From NCBI GenBank assembly GCA_965204785.1, contig OZ242015.1:1942538-2006537 (forward strand): 64,000 bases of DNA, in the 5' to 3' direction. The position numbers were made by a program, and so were the translations under genes. Below are positions 38,765-49,093 of this stretch, in pieces (position 1 is the stretch's first letter; every line of letters starts with the position of its first letter). The notes under the pieces were generated by a model. The model was not told where the DNA came from, did not search any database, and saw only the letters and a list, made by a program, of their open reading frames with translations. This stretch comes from Alphaproteobacteria bacterium. Lineage in GTDB: Bacteria > Pseudomonadota > Alphaproteobacteria > SP197.

Positions 38765-39334
38765 TTACCCGCCTCGACCTGTTCCCCTTGGTTTGGAGCC
38801 GCCTTGCCAAACACCGAATGTGTCCGCTCCTCCGATTGGACGGGAGTCGTCAACAGCGTTCGGCCCTGGGCTCGCCGATCTCCCGGATTGTTTTCCTCCC
38901 TTGAGAGACGTTGGAGAGAGGCGGAAGCGCCGATCAATGAGGCGGTCGGGCCAGAAACCGAAAAACGGATACCTCATGCTATTGACAAGCGTATGGAACT
39001 CGGAATCCGGTACGGCCAGAACAGCCGTGCAGGAGCAGCCGATCAAGTTTCTCCAAACCACGTCTTCCGCAGGCCAGAACGTGCGTGCGATGGCATGGAT
39101 GATGCCGGCGGTGATGTTCGCCTGTAAGCCATGATCGTCGAATGCCGCGATTGGCACCTTTACCGCAATCTCGGTCGGGCTCAGCCCTACGTACCGCGGC
39201 GTCGCCATATTCGAAGCGCAGCTCAAGTTCATAGTTTTGTCGGCGAACAGAGGATCCATGGGCCCCTCATAGGCTTCCAAACCTTTTCTGCTTATACATT
39301 CCGGGTAGACGGGCGCCCACCCGTAGGAGGTCAA
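38765..39334 (-). CDS. Hypothetical protein (≤189 aa; true start probably internal; C-terminal 50 aa low-complexity, possibly frameshifted) in an AT-richer segment.
   Basis: ORF only; no motif recognised. Confidence 0.3.
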   Translation of the reverse strand: MTSYGWAPVYPECISRKGLEAYEGPMDPLFADKTMNLSCASNMATPRYVGLSPTEIAVKVPIAAFDDHGLQANITAGIIHAIARTFWPAEDVVWRNLIGCSCTAVLAVPDSEFHTLVNSMRYPFFGFWPDRLIDRRFRLSPTSLKGGKQSGRSASPGPNAVDDSRPIGGADTFGVWQGGSKPRGTGRGG

Positions 39335-39659
39335 ACCCGCGCCCCCAGTACAGCGGCGCCCCCAGGATCATCAGGAGCATGAGCCAGAAAAGAGGTCCAC
39401 CTCTCATAGGTCGAAACCTCTGAGCCGTGCCGGATGCAGTATTGGGAGCGGCCGGCCGCTCGTGCAACGCCAAATCCGGGATGATCTGATTGTCCCATTT
39501 GTCTACCATGCGGCGTGTTTTGGGCGAGCCCGCGACCGGCGTGCGCCGGTCGCGGGTTACCGATTGCGCTTCCGCTCCAATTTCCGTGAGGTGTGGTGCC
39601 GGGTAAGATTGTCCGCATCGAGGCGAAAGCGTGATGGTTCGACGGCGATGGCCCCGCGA

Positions 39660-40436
39660 CTACCCTAGGTTCTCGTCCAAGAAGGCCGTGGTGCGCTGCC
39701 AGGCGAGCGCGGCGTCGGCTTCATCGTAGCGGGCGCTGGTCGGGTTGGCGAAGGCATGGTCGGCGTCGTACCAGAAGACGGTGACAGGCTTTTCGGCCTG
39801 CATCATGGCCGCGACGAAACCATCGACCATGGGTTCGTCAATCCACTGGTCGCGCGTCGCGAAGTGGCCCAGAACCGGGCCTTCGAGCGCTTCGAGTTGT
39901 TCAGGCGTGCGATCGACATTGCCGTAATAGACGACGGTGGCGTCCACGGAACGGACGAGCGAGGCGTCGAGCGACCAGCCGCCGCCGAAACACCAGCCGA
40001 CCGTGCCGGCGGCATCGGTCGTGTCGTCACGTGCCCGCAGCCAGTCGATCCAGGCGGCTAGGGTTTCCGACGCCTCCGCATTATCGACCTGATTCATGTA
40101 GGTGCGCGCGTCATCGGGATCGTCGGCGACCTTGCCACCGTACAGATCGACCGCGAGCGCGCCGTAACCTTGTTCGACAAAATCGGCCGCCACGGCCTTG
40201 ATGTTGTCGTTGAGGCCCCACCATTCGTGCACCAGCAGGACGCTGGGCGCGGGCGCAGATTGCGATGCTCCCCAGGCCGCCGAAACCTGGAGGCCCGACG
40301 CGGTGGTAATCTCAACCGTTTCGAGTGAGGATGCAACCGCACGTGCCGCCGCAGGGTCGGCCAGGATCGCAGCCAGGCTTCCGGCGGCAACAGGTGCAGT
40401 CATCAACTGTCCCAGAACCTCACGACGCCCGAACAT
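39660..40436 (-). CDS. Dienelactone hydrolase family protein with a Tat-like signal (RREVL).
   Basis: 'VLLVHEWWGLNDNIKAVAADFVEQGYGALAVDLYGG' and 'GWCFGGGWSL'. Confidence 0.8.
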   Translation of the reverse strand: MFGRREVLGQLMTAPVAAGSLAAILADPAAARAVASSLETVEITTASGLQVSAAWGASQSAPAPSVLLVHEWWGLNDNIKAVAADFVEQGYGALAVDLYGGKVADDPDDARTYMNQVDNAEASETLAAWIDWLRARDDTTDAAGTVGWCFGGGWSLDASLVRSVDATVVYYGNVDRTPEQLEALEGPVLGHFATRDQWIDEPMVDGFVAAMMQAEKPVTVFWYDADHAFANPTSARYDEADAALAWQRTTAFLDENLG

Positions 40437-40497
40437 GGCACTTACCTTTCATGCATTTCTGACTGCGGTCAGGCTACCCCAGCGCTCGGCGATCACA

Positions 40498-41490
40498 ATG
40501 CCGGCGCTTTTCAACTTGCCGTGTGTCCTGCTGCTGGCAGCAGCGTTGCTGACCGGCTGCAACACCTACACGCGCGAGACCGGCGTGGAGGACGTCACCC
40601 GGGTCGACATCGATCCGCGCCATCCCGGCGAGGTCGTAATCGGCGAACTGCAGTTCGTCACGGGCTACAAGCTGGAATACGGCGCGCGGTTCTTCGGCGG
40701 GCTCTCAGGACTCATCATCTCCGAGGACGGTAGGGACCTGACCGCCATCACCGACCACGGCGACTGGGTCGATGCCAGCATGAGCCACGACTTACAAGGC
40801 CGCTTGACCGGGATCAGCGGCATTTCCATTCACCCGCTGATCGGGTTGGAGGCCGACGATATCGACACCATCCTGGAACCCAAGGAGCGCGACGCCGAAG
40901 CGATGACGGTGATGCCCGGCGGACGCGTGATGGTGGCGTTCGAGCGCCGCCACCGGGTCTGGGTCTATGACGACCTCGCCACGCGCGACAATCCGCTGGA
41001 ACTCGATGTGCCCGAGAACATCGTGCGCCTGGCCAGCAACGGCGGCATCGAAGCCCTGGAATTTCTGCCCGATGGGCGCCTACTGATGATCGCCGAGGAG
41101 CCAGTCGGAACCGGCAGGATCATCGATGCCTGGATTCTGGAAGACAATATGGAGTGGCGCTGGATCGGCTACCAGATGAACGACGGTTTCAGCGTGGTCG
41201 ACGCCACCGCGTTGCCCGACGGCCGCGTCATTGTACTGGAACGCTGGTTCGCCGCACCGATCTCCCTGCGCATCCGCTTGCGCGAACTCACGCCCGAGAT
41301 GCTCGACGGCGGCGGCCCGCTGGACGGCACACCTATTTCGCTGCTGAAGCAGAACCTCGTGATCGACAACTTCGAGGGTCTGGACCACCGCATCGGTCCC
41401 AACGGCGAGATTTATCTCTACATGGTCTCCGACGACAACTTCAACGATCTCCAGGCGACCTATCTCTACCAGTTCCTCCTGCTCCCATGA
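40498..41490 (+). CDS. Esterase-like activity of phytase family lipoprotein (PF13449-like).
   Basis: Lipobox 'LLTGC'; 'FGGLSGLIISEDGRDLTAITDHG' and C-terminal 'YLYMVSDDNFN'. Confidence 0.65.
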   Translation: MPALFNLPCVLLLAAALLTGCNTYTRETGVEDVTRVDIDPRHPGEVVIGELQFVTGYKLEYGARFFGGLSGLIISEDGRDLTAITDHGDWVDASMSHDLQGRLTGISGISIHPLIGLEADDIDTILEPKERDAEAMTVMPGGRVMVAFERRHRVWVYDDLATRDNPLELDVPENIVRLASNGGIEALEFLPDGRLLMIAEEPVGTGRIIDAWILEDNMEWRWIGYQMNDGFSVVDATALPDGRVIVLERWFAAPISLRIRLRELTPEMLDGGGPLDGTPISLLKQNLVIDNFEGLDHRIGPNGEIYLYMVSDDNFNDLQATYLYQFLLLP

Positions 41491-42190
41491 GTGGCGCCCG
41501 CGCCACGCTCAATCTGCGTGCTGTCAGGCCGGAGGATCTCAACGCCTATTTCGTACTCTTCCGGGAGGTCCAGGCGCTGCACGTCGCCGAACGGCCCGAC
41601 CTCTTCCAGCCGCCGGAGAAGTCGGAGGCATTCGAGCGCCATTTCGCCGACGCCGTGGCCGCACAAGGAGATCATCATCGCCTGGCTGGGCGGGAACGCG
41701 GTCGGCGCGGTGCATTACAAAGTCACCGGACCCCACCGGGATCTACCTGATCGACCGGCCGATGATCTGGATCGAGTCGATCGCCGTGGCTTCGCACATG
41801 CGCCACAAAGGCATCGCTACCGCGCTGATCTCCCTGGTGCGCCAGGTCGCCGCGCAACAGGGCATCGCCGATCTGGGCCTGGAGGTCTGGTCGTTCAACG
41901 AGGGTGCCGCAATGGCGTTCGAGGCCGCCGGCTTCACCGCGCGCACGCCAGAACCATGCTGGACGCTGTCTGATCAAGGGTGTCGCCTCGCGGTTTATGT
42001 TTGTTCCTTCAGACGCCGAGCGTTCGCCCCGCTCACTTGGCCTCCGTCACAGGGGCGCCGCCGGTACGGTCGCACCGGTCGGCGGCCGCTTCGCTCGCGC
42101 CGCCGAACGTCATCACAACCATCTCAGGCGTGTCATCCCGGCCTTGAGCCGGGATTTCGTTCCGCAGACTGCTTCGGAAACGCGTCATGA
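41488..42190 (+). pseudogene. GNAT N-acetyltransferase split over three frames (shifts near 41655 and near 41740 at a CCCC run). C-terminus runs into a repeat element.
   Basis: 'MSGARATLNLRAVRPEDLNAYFVLFREVQ' then 'HKEIIIAWLGGNAVGAVHYKV' then 'MIWIESIAVASHMRHKGIATALISLV...AFEAAGF'. Confidence 0.55.
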
Positions 42191-42240
42191 CAAGATCCCG
42201 GATAACCGCTCTGCGGTTTCCGGGATGACACCCGGTGGGG
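42030..42240. repeat. Copy A of a mosaic MITE/RIME-like intergenic repeat (modules shared with 53990-54270 and 57434-57760). Internal TIR GTCATCCCGG...CCGGGATGAC.
   Basis: Shared blocks 'GCCGCCGAACG.CATCA..ACCA.CTCA.G.GTGTCATCCCGGCC' and 'GAAACGCGTCATGAC..GATC..GGATAAC.GC...GGTTTCCGGGATGA'. Confidence 0.7.
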
Positions 42241-42243
42241 AAC

Positions 42244-42843
42244 TCAGCCTTGCGGATTTTTCGCGAAAAACTGCGGTGCGAAGAAGCCCATGAGCAGGCG
42301 GTAGGGGAAGAGAAGACTCAGGGCCGTCACCGCCTTCACGCCATAATCGCCTAGGGCGTACTGGACCCAATTGAGGCCCCATTCGGGAAAGAACACGCCG
42401 AAGAGGAGGTAGAAGAAGATCACCGTATCGATGACCGAGGCGACGGCCGAGGAGACCAGCGGCGCCTTCCACCACGCGCCCCTGCGCAGGCGCTGGAAGA
42501 TCGCGATGTCGAGAAGCTGGCCCGACAGGAACGCGCTGCCCGAGGCAACGGCCGTCAAGATAGCGACCGGAGAGAGGACGTTGGGCGCTTCAAAGGGCAC
42601 CCAGTCGGAGAACACCGCCGACATCAGGATGCCGACAACAAACCCGACAAACACAACCTTGGCCGCCCCAGCCGGCCCGAAGGCGCGGTTGGAAAGGTCG
42701 GTCACCAGAAAAGCGAAGGGAAACGTGAACGCACCCCAGGTCAGCCAGTCCCCGATGGGGAAACGAACCAGAATGTTGGAGGCCACGACGACGAACGACA
42801 TGGCGGCAATGGGCAAGGCAAGCGTCAGACGGCCGGTGCTCAT
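42244..42843 (-). CDS. Queuosine-precursor transporter (YhhQ/DUF165, VUT family).
   Basis: Six-TM protein with family-typical 'WGAFTFPFAFLVTDL' and 'YALGDYGVK'. Confidence 0.75.
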   Translation of the reverse strand: MSTGRLTLALPIAAMSFVVVASNILVRFPIGDWLTWGAFTFPFAFLVTDLSNRAFGPAGAAKVVFVGFVVGILMSAVFSDWVPFEAPNVLSPVAILTAVASGSAFLSGQLLDIAIFQRLRRGAWWKAPLVSSAVASVIDTVIFFYLLFGVFFPEWGLNWVQYALGDYGVKAVTALSLLFPYRLLMGFFAPQFFAKNPQG

Positions 42844-42884
42844 GGCCCGTCAGCTCCCGTCAGCGATGTGGAGACGGCCTGGAT

Positions 42885-43187
42885 TCAGGCTTCCCGGGCG
42901 GCCTTGCGAGCGGCGGCCTTCTCCACGCGGCGCTTCAGGCACAGGGCGCCCTCGGGCAGGCGGTTGTCGCGCGAGGACATCAGGTAGGCGTCGATGCCAC
43001 CGCGCTTTTCCACCGTGCGCAGGCCGCTGGCCGACACGCGCAGGCGCACCGTCTGGCCCAAGGTCTCCGAAAAGAGGCTGGTCTGGATCAGATTCGGGCG
43101 GAAAACACGCTTGGACTTGTTCTCGGCGTGGCTCCGGTTGTTGCCGGACATGACTGTCTTGCCTGTCAGTTCGCAGGTGCGCGACAT
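42885..43187 (-). CDS. rpmB: 50S ribosomal protein L28.
   Basis: 'MSRTCELTGKTVMSGNNRSHAENKSKRVFRPNL'. Confidence 0.9.
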   Translation of the reverse strand: MSRTCELTGKTVMSGNNRSHAENKSKRVFRPNLIQTSLFSETLGQTVRLRVSASGLRTVEKRGGIDAYLMSSRDNRLPEGALCLKRRVEKAAARKAAREA

Positions 43188-43279
43188 GGGATGCTCCTAA
43201 GAAAAACATCATGTGGCGCAGCCGTTCCCAGCGCACCACGCGAATCCGGCGGTTTCTATACGCTCGACCCCTTCCGGGG

Positions 43280-43642
43280 TCAACTGTTGGAAGGCTCGGG
43301 AACCAGCGCCACTAGTTTCTTCGGCGCGGTCATACGGTAGCTGCGCTTCACAATGAACGCGACCTCGTTCCAGTCGACATCGCCGTCCAGCCACATCCCC
43401 ACCCAGCCCTTGGGCCCGACATAAGGCGGCGAGAAAAACCGATCAGGGTCTGCGCCGATCAGGATGGTCTGGCTGCCCGGCGGGGCCTTGCAGGAGACCG
43501 CGATGCGGCCGTCCTCTTCCCAAAAAATGGCAAAAATCTTGTCGCGCACACGGAAGTTCGGTCTTTCCCAAGTTTCACGCTCTTCCGCCTCGGGCAGTGC
43601 AAGACAGATGCCGCGCAGTTGATCCAGCGTATCGTCGCGCAT
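43280..43642 (-). CDS. MmcQ/YjbR-family DNA-binding protein; start at internal ATG.
   Basis: 'MRDDTLDQLRGICLALPEAEERETWERPNFRVRDKIFAIF'. Confidence 0.7.
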   Translation of the reverse strand: MRDDTLDQLRGICLALPEAEERETWERPNFRVRDKIFAIFWEEDGRIAVSCKAPPGSQTILIGADPDRFFSPPYVGPKGWVGMWLDGDVDWNEVAFIVKRSYRMTAPKKLVALVPEPSNS

Positions 43643-43646
43643 GGCC

Positions 43647-44597
43647 TCACCCACCGTCCAGGGCGCACCGCGCCGCGTTGCGCAGGGAGAGGTTTCCCGC
43701 CGCGACCTCGCTCTCCAAGAGTTTGAGCAGGGCCTTGCGTTCGGGGTCGGCGCGCAGCCGTGCGGTGGCCAGACGAATGACCTCCTCCCGCAGCGCGGAG
43801 ACGGCCTGGGCCTCACGTTTTCCGGGCAAATGATCCGATGCGGCCTCGAAATAGGCATCCACGGTCGACCACACCGCGTCCACGCCCGCGCCGGTCAGCG
43901 CCGAACAGGCTTCGACCCTCGGCTGCCAGAAAGGTTCATGGGACCGTACTAGGGAAAGGGCGGCGCGGTGGTCTGACACGACATGGCGCGCGGTGTCGGC
44001 CAGCGCGCCGTCGGCCTTGTTGACCAGGATCAGGTCGGCCAGCTCCATGATGCCGCGTTTGACGCCCTGCAGGCTATCTCCGGCGCCGGGTGCGAGCAGC
44101 AGTAGGAACATGTCGGTCAGCGCGGCAACGGCGGTTTCCGACTGGCCCACACCAACGGTCTCGACGATGACCAGATCGTATCCTGCCGCCTCGACCAGCG
44201 TGACGACATCGCGCGTGCACCGCGCCACCCCACCCAGTTCGCCGCCCGAAGGCGAAGGCCGGATGAAGGCCCTGGCGTCGTGCGACAGGCGCTCCATGCG
44301 GGTCTTGTCACCCAGGATCGAGCCCCCGCCCAGGCTGGAGGAAGGATCGACCGCCAGCACAGCGACCTTTTTTCCCTTTTTCAGCGCGTGGAGCCCGAAG
44401 GCCTCGACAAAGGTCGATTTGCCCACGCCGGGCGCGCCGGAGATGCCTAGGCGCCAGCTCTGTTTACTCGACTTGCCCAGCGCCTCGATTAACGATGCGG
44501 CTTTTTTCTCATCTTGCGCACGCGAGGACTCGACCAGCGTGATCGCACGGGCAAGAGCACGCCGGTCGCCGGAACGGATCGCTGCGATGTCGGTCAT
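43647..44597 (-). CDS. meaB: Methylmalonyl-CoA mutase-associated GTPase MeaB (ArgK).
   Basis: 'GISGAPGVGKSTF', 'LVIVETVGVGQSE', 'LILVNKADG'. Confidence 0.85.
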   Translation of the reverse strand: MTDIAAIRSGDRRALARAITLVESSRAQDEKKAASLIEALGKSSKQSWRLGISGAPGVGKSTFVEAFGLHALKKGKKVAVLAVDPSSSLGGGSILGDKTRMERLSHDARAFIRPSPSGGELGGVARCTRDVVTLVEAAGYDLVIVETVGVGQSETAVAALTDMFLLLLAPGAGDSLQGVKRGIMELADLILVNKADGALADTARHVVSDHRAALSLVRSHEPFWQPRVEACSALTGAGVDAVWSTVDAYFEAASDHLPGKREAQAVSALREEVIRLATARLRADPERKALLKLLESEVAAGNLSLRNAARCALDGG

Positions 44598-44605
44598 GGC
44601 GAGTG

Positions 44606-46753
44606 TCAGGCGGCCTGCCGCCCATCCTCCAGAATGCCGATGATCTCGGCTGCGGCCTGGGGGATGTTGGTGCCGGGGCCATAGACCGCCGCAACGCCGA
44701 CCTTTTTCAGCATGGCATAATCCTGGGGTGGCACGACGCCGCCGACGACAACCTCAATATCCTGCGCGCCCTGATCGGCGAGCGCGGCGATCAGTTGGGG
44801 CACCAGCGTCTTGTGGCCGGCTGCCTGGGTCGATACGCCGATGATGTGAACATCGTTTTCGATCGCCTGGCGCGCGGCCTCCTCGGGCGTCTGGAAGAGC
44901 GGGCCGACATCGACATCGAAACCGATGTCGGCGAAAGCGGTGGCGATCACCTTGGCGCCGCGGTCGTGGCCGTCCTGGCCCAGTTTGACCACTAGCATGC
45001 GCGGGCGTCGCCCGTTCCGCTCGGCGAACCCATCGACTTTGCCGCGGATCGTCTCAAACGCCTCGTTACCTTCCCAGGCCGCGCCATAGACTCCCGAGAT
45101 CGAGCGGTTGACGGCGCGGTGGCGGGTAAAGACGCTTTCCATGGCATTGGTAATCTCGCCCACCGTGGCGCGCACCCGTGCCGCCTCGATGGAGAGTGCG
45201 AGCAGGTTTCCGTCGCCCTTCGCGCCTTCGGTGAGCGCCCGCAGCGCCTTCCGGCAGGCATCCTCGTCGCGTTCAGAGCGGACACGCTTCAATCTAGCGA
45301 TCTGGGCTTCGCGCACGGCGGAATTGTCGATATCGCGCACATCGACCTGCTGGAGATCGTCGGCGACGTATTTGTTGACGCCCACGATCACCTCCTCGCC
45401 CCGGTCGATGCGGGCCTGGCGGCGCGCCGCGCTTTCCTCGATGCGCAGTTTCGGCATGCCGGCTTCGATAGCCCGGGTCATGCCGCCCATGCCCTCGACC
45501 TCGTCGATCAGCGCCTGGGCTTCCTCGACCAGCGCATCAGTCAGGGATTCGATGTAGTAGCTGCCGCCCAGCGGATCGACGACATTCGCGATGCCGGTCT
45601 CCTCGGAGAGGATGAACTGGGTATTGCGCGCGATGCGTGCGGCAAAATCGCTGGGCAGGGCCAGCGCCTCATCGAAGCTGTTGGTGTGGAGACTCTGCGT
45701 GCCGCCCAGCACCGCGGCCATCGCCTCGTAGGCCGTGCGCACGATGTTATTGTAGGGATCCTGCTCGGTCAGCGACACGCCCGACGTCTGGCAGTGCGTG
45801 CGCAGCATGGAAGACTGCGGATTCTTCGGCCCGAACGGCTCCATCAGGCGCGCCCACAACACACGCGCAGCGCGCAGCTTGGCGACCTCCATGAAGAAGT
45901 TCATGCCGATGGCGAAGAAAAACGAGAGACGTGGCGCGAACTGGTCGGCATCCAGGCCACGCGATGTCGCCGCGCGGACATAATCGACGCCATCGGCGAT
46001 CGTGAAGGCCAGTTCCTGCACCGCCGTCGCACCGGCTTCCTGCATGTGATAGCCGCTGATCGAGATGCTGTTGAAGCTCGGCATGTATCCGGCCATGTGC
46101 GCGATCACGTCGGCCACGATGCGCATGCTGGGCTCTGGCGGATATATATAGGTGTTGCGCACCATGAATTCTTTAAGGATGTCGTTCTGGATGGTGCCCG
46201 AAAGCCGATCCTGGCCCACGCCCTGTTCCTCGCCCGCGACCACGAACATGGCCAGCACGGGCAACACGGCCCCGTTCATGGTCATAGAGACCGACATCTT
46301 GTCGAGCGGGATGGCATCGAAGAGGATCTTCATGTCCTCCACGCTGTCGATCGCGACACCGGCCTTGCCGACATCGCCCACAACCCGTTCATGGTCGCTG
46401 TCGTAGCCGCGGTGGGTGGCCAGATCGAAGGCGACGGAAAGACCCTTCTGCCCTCCGGCCAGCGCCTGACGGTAGAACGCGTTGGACTCCTCGGCCGTGG
46501 AGAACCCGGCATACTGGCGGATGGTCCAGGGCCGGTTGGCATACATCGTCGCGCGCACGCCGCGCCTGTAGGGCGCGATACCGGGCAACGTATAGGCCTC
46601 GTCGACCTGCGCGAGGTCTTCCTGCGTATAGAGCGGGTTGATCGCCAGACCCTCGGGCGTCTGCCAGACGAGATCGTCCAGCGGCTTATCCTTTAGCTCT
46701 TTCTGCGCCAGGGCGCGCCAGGATTCCGGCGCTTTATCGGAAAATCCGCTCAT
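44606..46753 (-). CDS. Methylmalonyl-CoA mutase, single-chain large form (715 aa).
   Basis: '[44 protein letters not shown]'; C-terminal B12-binding '[27 protein letters not shown]'. Confidence 0.9.
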   Translation of the reverse strand: MSGFSDKAPESWRALAQKELKDKPLDDLVWQTPEGLAINPLYTQEDLAQVDEAYTLPGIAPYRRGVRATMYANRPWTIRQYAGFSTAEESNAFYRQALAGGQKGLSVAFDLATHRGYDSDHERVVGDVGKAGVAIDSVEDMKILFDAIPLDKMSVSMTMNGAVLPVLAMFVVAGEEQGVGQDRLSGTIQNDILKEFMVRNTYIYPPEPSMRIVADVIAHMAGYMPSFNSISISGYHMQEAGATAVQELAFTIADGVDYVRAATSRGLDADQFAPRLSFFFAIGMNFFMEVAKLRAARVLWARLMEPFGPKNPQSSMLRTHCQTSGVSLTEQDPYNNIVRTAYEAMAAVLGGTQSLHTNSFDEALALPSDFAARIARNTQFILSEETGIANVVDPLGGSYYIESLTDALVEEAQALIDEVEGMGGMTRAIEAGMPKLRIEESAARRQARIDRGEEVIVGVNKYVADDLQQVDVRDIDNSAVREAQIARLKRVRSERDEDACRKALRALTEGAKGDGNLLALSIEAARVRATVGEITNAMESVFTRHRAVNRSISGVYGAAWEGNEAFETIRGKVDGFAERNGRRPRMLVVKLGQDGHDRGAKVIATAFADIGFDVDVGPLFQTPEEAARQAIENDVHIIGVSTQAAGHKTLVPQLIAALADQGAQDIEVVVGGVVPPQDYAMLKKVGVAAVYGPGTNIPQAAAEIIGILEDGRQAA

Positions 46754-46813
46754 CGGCTTTTAACCATCCATCTCGCAAGTGCGAAATGAGTATGGGATCG
46801 CCCCCGTGGACCG

Positions 46814-47373
46814 TCAATCCGTCGAACGCGCCCGCGGCACTTCGAGCGACACGTCGCGGGGCGAGTCGTCGCCGCCATTTGTCGGATAGACATTGTCGGG
46901 ATAGGCCGAAAACACCATCAGACAGGGAATCAGCGCCTTCACTTGAACGTAACTGCCCGGCGGACGACCGGACGCACATAGTCGATCGCCTTGCCGTGCT
47001 GACCGGGGCCAGCATGAAGTAGGTTCCAGGTCGCCGGCGTGAAGGAGCAGGACCTGCCCTCCCCGGCCAGGGCATGGGCCAGATTGTCCGAGCAGTTGGC
47101 GTGCCCGGCGTCCGCACCGGCCCGTTCGTACATGCCCGGACTGCAGGCGGCGATCAGCGTGTCGCCGGGATCGAAGGTGATTTTCTGGAGCACCTCGCGG
47201 CGGTGCTCCATCGAAAGCAGATCGTCCTTGCCGTCGTCTGCGAACGCCCAGGTATCGACGAACTGCGTGCCGTGTGTGTTGACGATGCGCAGGCAATCGC
47301 CCCGACGGAGGCGTACCGCGCGCCCATGAGCGCCCGGCAAGCGAAGACGGGTTTCGGGCTCAGCCATCGCCAT
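46814..47373 (-). CDS. DUF1989 (urea-carboxylase-associated) family protein with one frameshift near 46975-47000.
   Basis: 'GRAVRLRRGDCLRIVNTHGTQFVDTWAF...HANCSDNL' in one frame continues as 'GSYVQVKALIPCLMVFSAYPDNVYPTNGG' in the -1 frame. Confidence 0.5.
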
Positions 47374-48280
47374 AGTCCGGGTTCCGGCTGATCCAATTTG
47401 CAACCTTCGCGTCGATCACAACCGCAAGGTCAGGCGCCAGGCGGGCAAGCTCGTCATGGATGAACTTTGAACGCGCGCGGATTTCCGGGCTGCCGTCGAT
47501 CTCGGCCGACAAACCGGCCCAGAACATGGCGGCCGCGGCAATGCGTTCGGCGAGACTGCCGTCGTCCCGCTCGGCGATCGAAGACAGCAGCTGGGCGAGC
47601 ATCGCCGCCGCGCGCACCTCTCCGCCCTCAAAGGCAATCCTGAGGTAGGTGTTGGCCTTCGCCGGACCGAACTCCCTGCCGTTGTTCGCATTCTTGTAAT
47701 CAAGGCCCACAAGCATGGCCGCAAAGGCGTGCCCGCCATCGGCGGCCGCAGCCAGCCAGTAGTTCGCCTTTTCCAGATCTTACTCCGTACCGACCCTGCG
47801 CTGACACCAGTCCGCCACGGTGTCCATCGCCTCAATGTCGCCCGCCTCAGCACCACGTTTTGAACTGGGCCTCGGCAATACCGGCTCACCGGCCTCGCGA
47901 TAATAGTCGCAACCCCGAACCGTGTTGGCGTTCACGTCTTCGCCATTGGTATACATGTCACCCAACACCATCGCGGCGCGGGCGTCACCCTGCGCAAGGG
48001 CCGTGGTCAGCGTCGCCAGTGCAAGACCGTAGCCCCTCTCGCGCGCGGCGGTCCCAAGATCGTAGCTATCCGAAGCCGGCGCCGGCGCCGTCCCCAGAAG
48101 CCGGCGCCGTCCCCAGAAGAAATACCAGGATCAGGTTTTTACCAACGGCCATTAGATTTAGCCGTGGAGCCATGCGTTCGCTCACCATACCTGTCTCCAC
48201 GCTATTCCGCGGTGACAGCATGGCGTCAGATCCGTCCGGGTTCAAATTCCCACGGTGACGGCACGGCACATTCCAGCTCG
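47360..48280 (-). pseudogene. Secreted Sel1-repeat protein disrupted by a 19-bp tandem duplication (48082-48119) and an in-frame TAA (47780-47782).
   Basis: Signal peptide 'MAPRLNLMAVGKNLILVFLLGTAPASG'; Sel1 motifs 'LGDMYTNGEDVNANTVRGCDYYREAGE' and 'MLVGLDYKNANNGREFGPAKANTYLRIAFEGG' lie in a frame +1 from the signal peptide. Confidence 0.6.
48082..48119. repeat. Exact 19-bp tandem duplication (CCGGCGCCGTCCCCAGAAG ×2) causing a frameshift in the Sel1-repeat gene.
   Basis: Read directly. Confidence 0.85.
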
Positions 48281-48428
48281 GACTTCTCGTCAGAACGACG
48301 GCCTGCGTCTGTCTTGGGGCATTCGTTCCGCCAGTAAAGGCCGCGAAAGCGATACCCGCGCATCGGCGAACGGGCTTGACGCCGCGGACAGGCACCCTAG
48401 AACGACTCGAAGAGCGTCTTGTTCCGGG

Positions 48429-48920
48429 CTAGAGGACGTTCCAGGCGGCAGTGAATCCGGTCAGCGAGAGCGGCAGCGTCGCGGGCTGTCCCACGGTGTC
48501 GTAGATCGTGATCATGGCCTGGTTGCCGGCCTTCATGCTGCCCACGACATCATCGGTCAGCGTGACCTGGGTCATGCATCCGTCGACAAAGCAGGTAAGG
48601 AAACCGATTGTTCCCAGATCTTCCTGGTCCACAACCATGTTGAGACCGTTGGGCAGAAAAATGCCCAGTGGAACGGTGATGCGCAGAAGAGGTTCGACAC
48701 CAGTAGGCTTGGCCGCCACGGCCGTCATGACCCGTTCGCCGTTGGCCTGCATGTCGACGGCCTGAAACATGAAACACTCCTGCGCGCCGACCTGACCGGT
48801 CGTGCAGTGGATCTGCCAGTCGCCATGCGTCTCGCGCAAGGTATCGGCCAGCTCCTGGGCCACAGCAGGAAAAGACGCAAACAAACTCGCGGCAAAGAGA
48901 CCAAAAACAGTTAGGCGCAT
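48429..48920 (-). CDS. Invasion-associated locus B (IalB) family protein with signal peptide.
   Basis: 'MRLTVFGLFAASLFASFPAVAQE' then IalB-family conservation ('GDWQIHC...CFMFQ...GFLTCFVDGC'). Confidence 0.8.
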   Translation of the reverse strand: MRLTVFGLFAASLFASFPAVAQELADTLRETHGDWQIHCTTGQVGAQECFMFQAVDMQANGERVMTAVAAKPTGVEPLLRITVPLGIFLPNGLNMVVDQEDLGTIGFLTCFVDGCMTQVTLTDDVVGSMKAGNQAMITIYDTVGQPATLPLSLTGFTAAWNVL

Positions 48921-49093
48921 GGTGATTTCCCGTTTGGACACGTATTGAATGGGAGAGAAACAATCGTTGCGGCCGTTCTAAGGCATAAATGGGACGCGGC
49001 GCGAACACCGACAAGACCGCAGGCAGGCCTATTCCTGCCGTGGTCCGTCATGCTAGGTTGCCCGTCTGCCCCGCGCACGACCATTCTGAGGAT

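Noticed and set aside
38350-39660. tRNA or tmRNA gene serving as an attachment site next to the Mu-like remnant
   Set aside because: No cloverleaf-compatible sequence or GGTTCGAATCC-type T-arm found on either strand. The GC hairpin at 39529-39556 is just an inverted repeat.
42844-42884. Possible preQ1 riboswitch upstream of the YhhQ-like queuosine-precursor transporter
   Set aside because: Only ~40 nt separate it from rpmB. No preQ1-I/II hairpin with A-rich tail is present. The transporter is probably co-transcribed with rpmB.
45119-46696. 525-aa + strand ORF opposite methylmalonyl-CoA mutase
   Set aside because: Antisense artefact of a high-GC gene; mutase homology on the minus strand is unambiguous.
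1147-48119. CRISPR array among the tandem repeats (1147-1266, 28015-28050, 48082-48119)
   Set aside because: Each is a simple two-unit tandem duplication without spacers; no cas genes are present.
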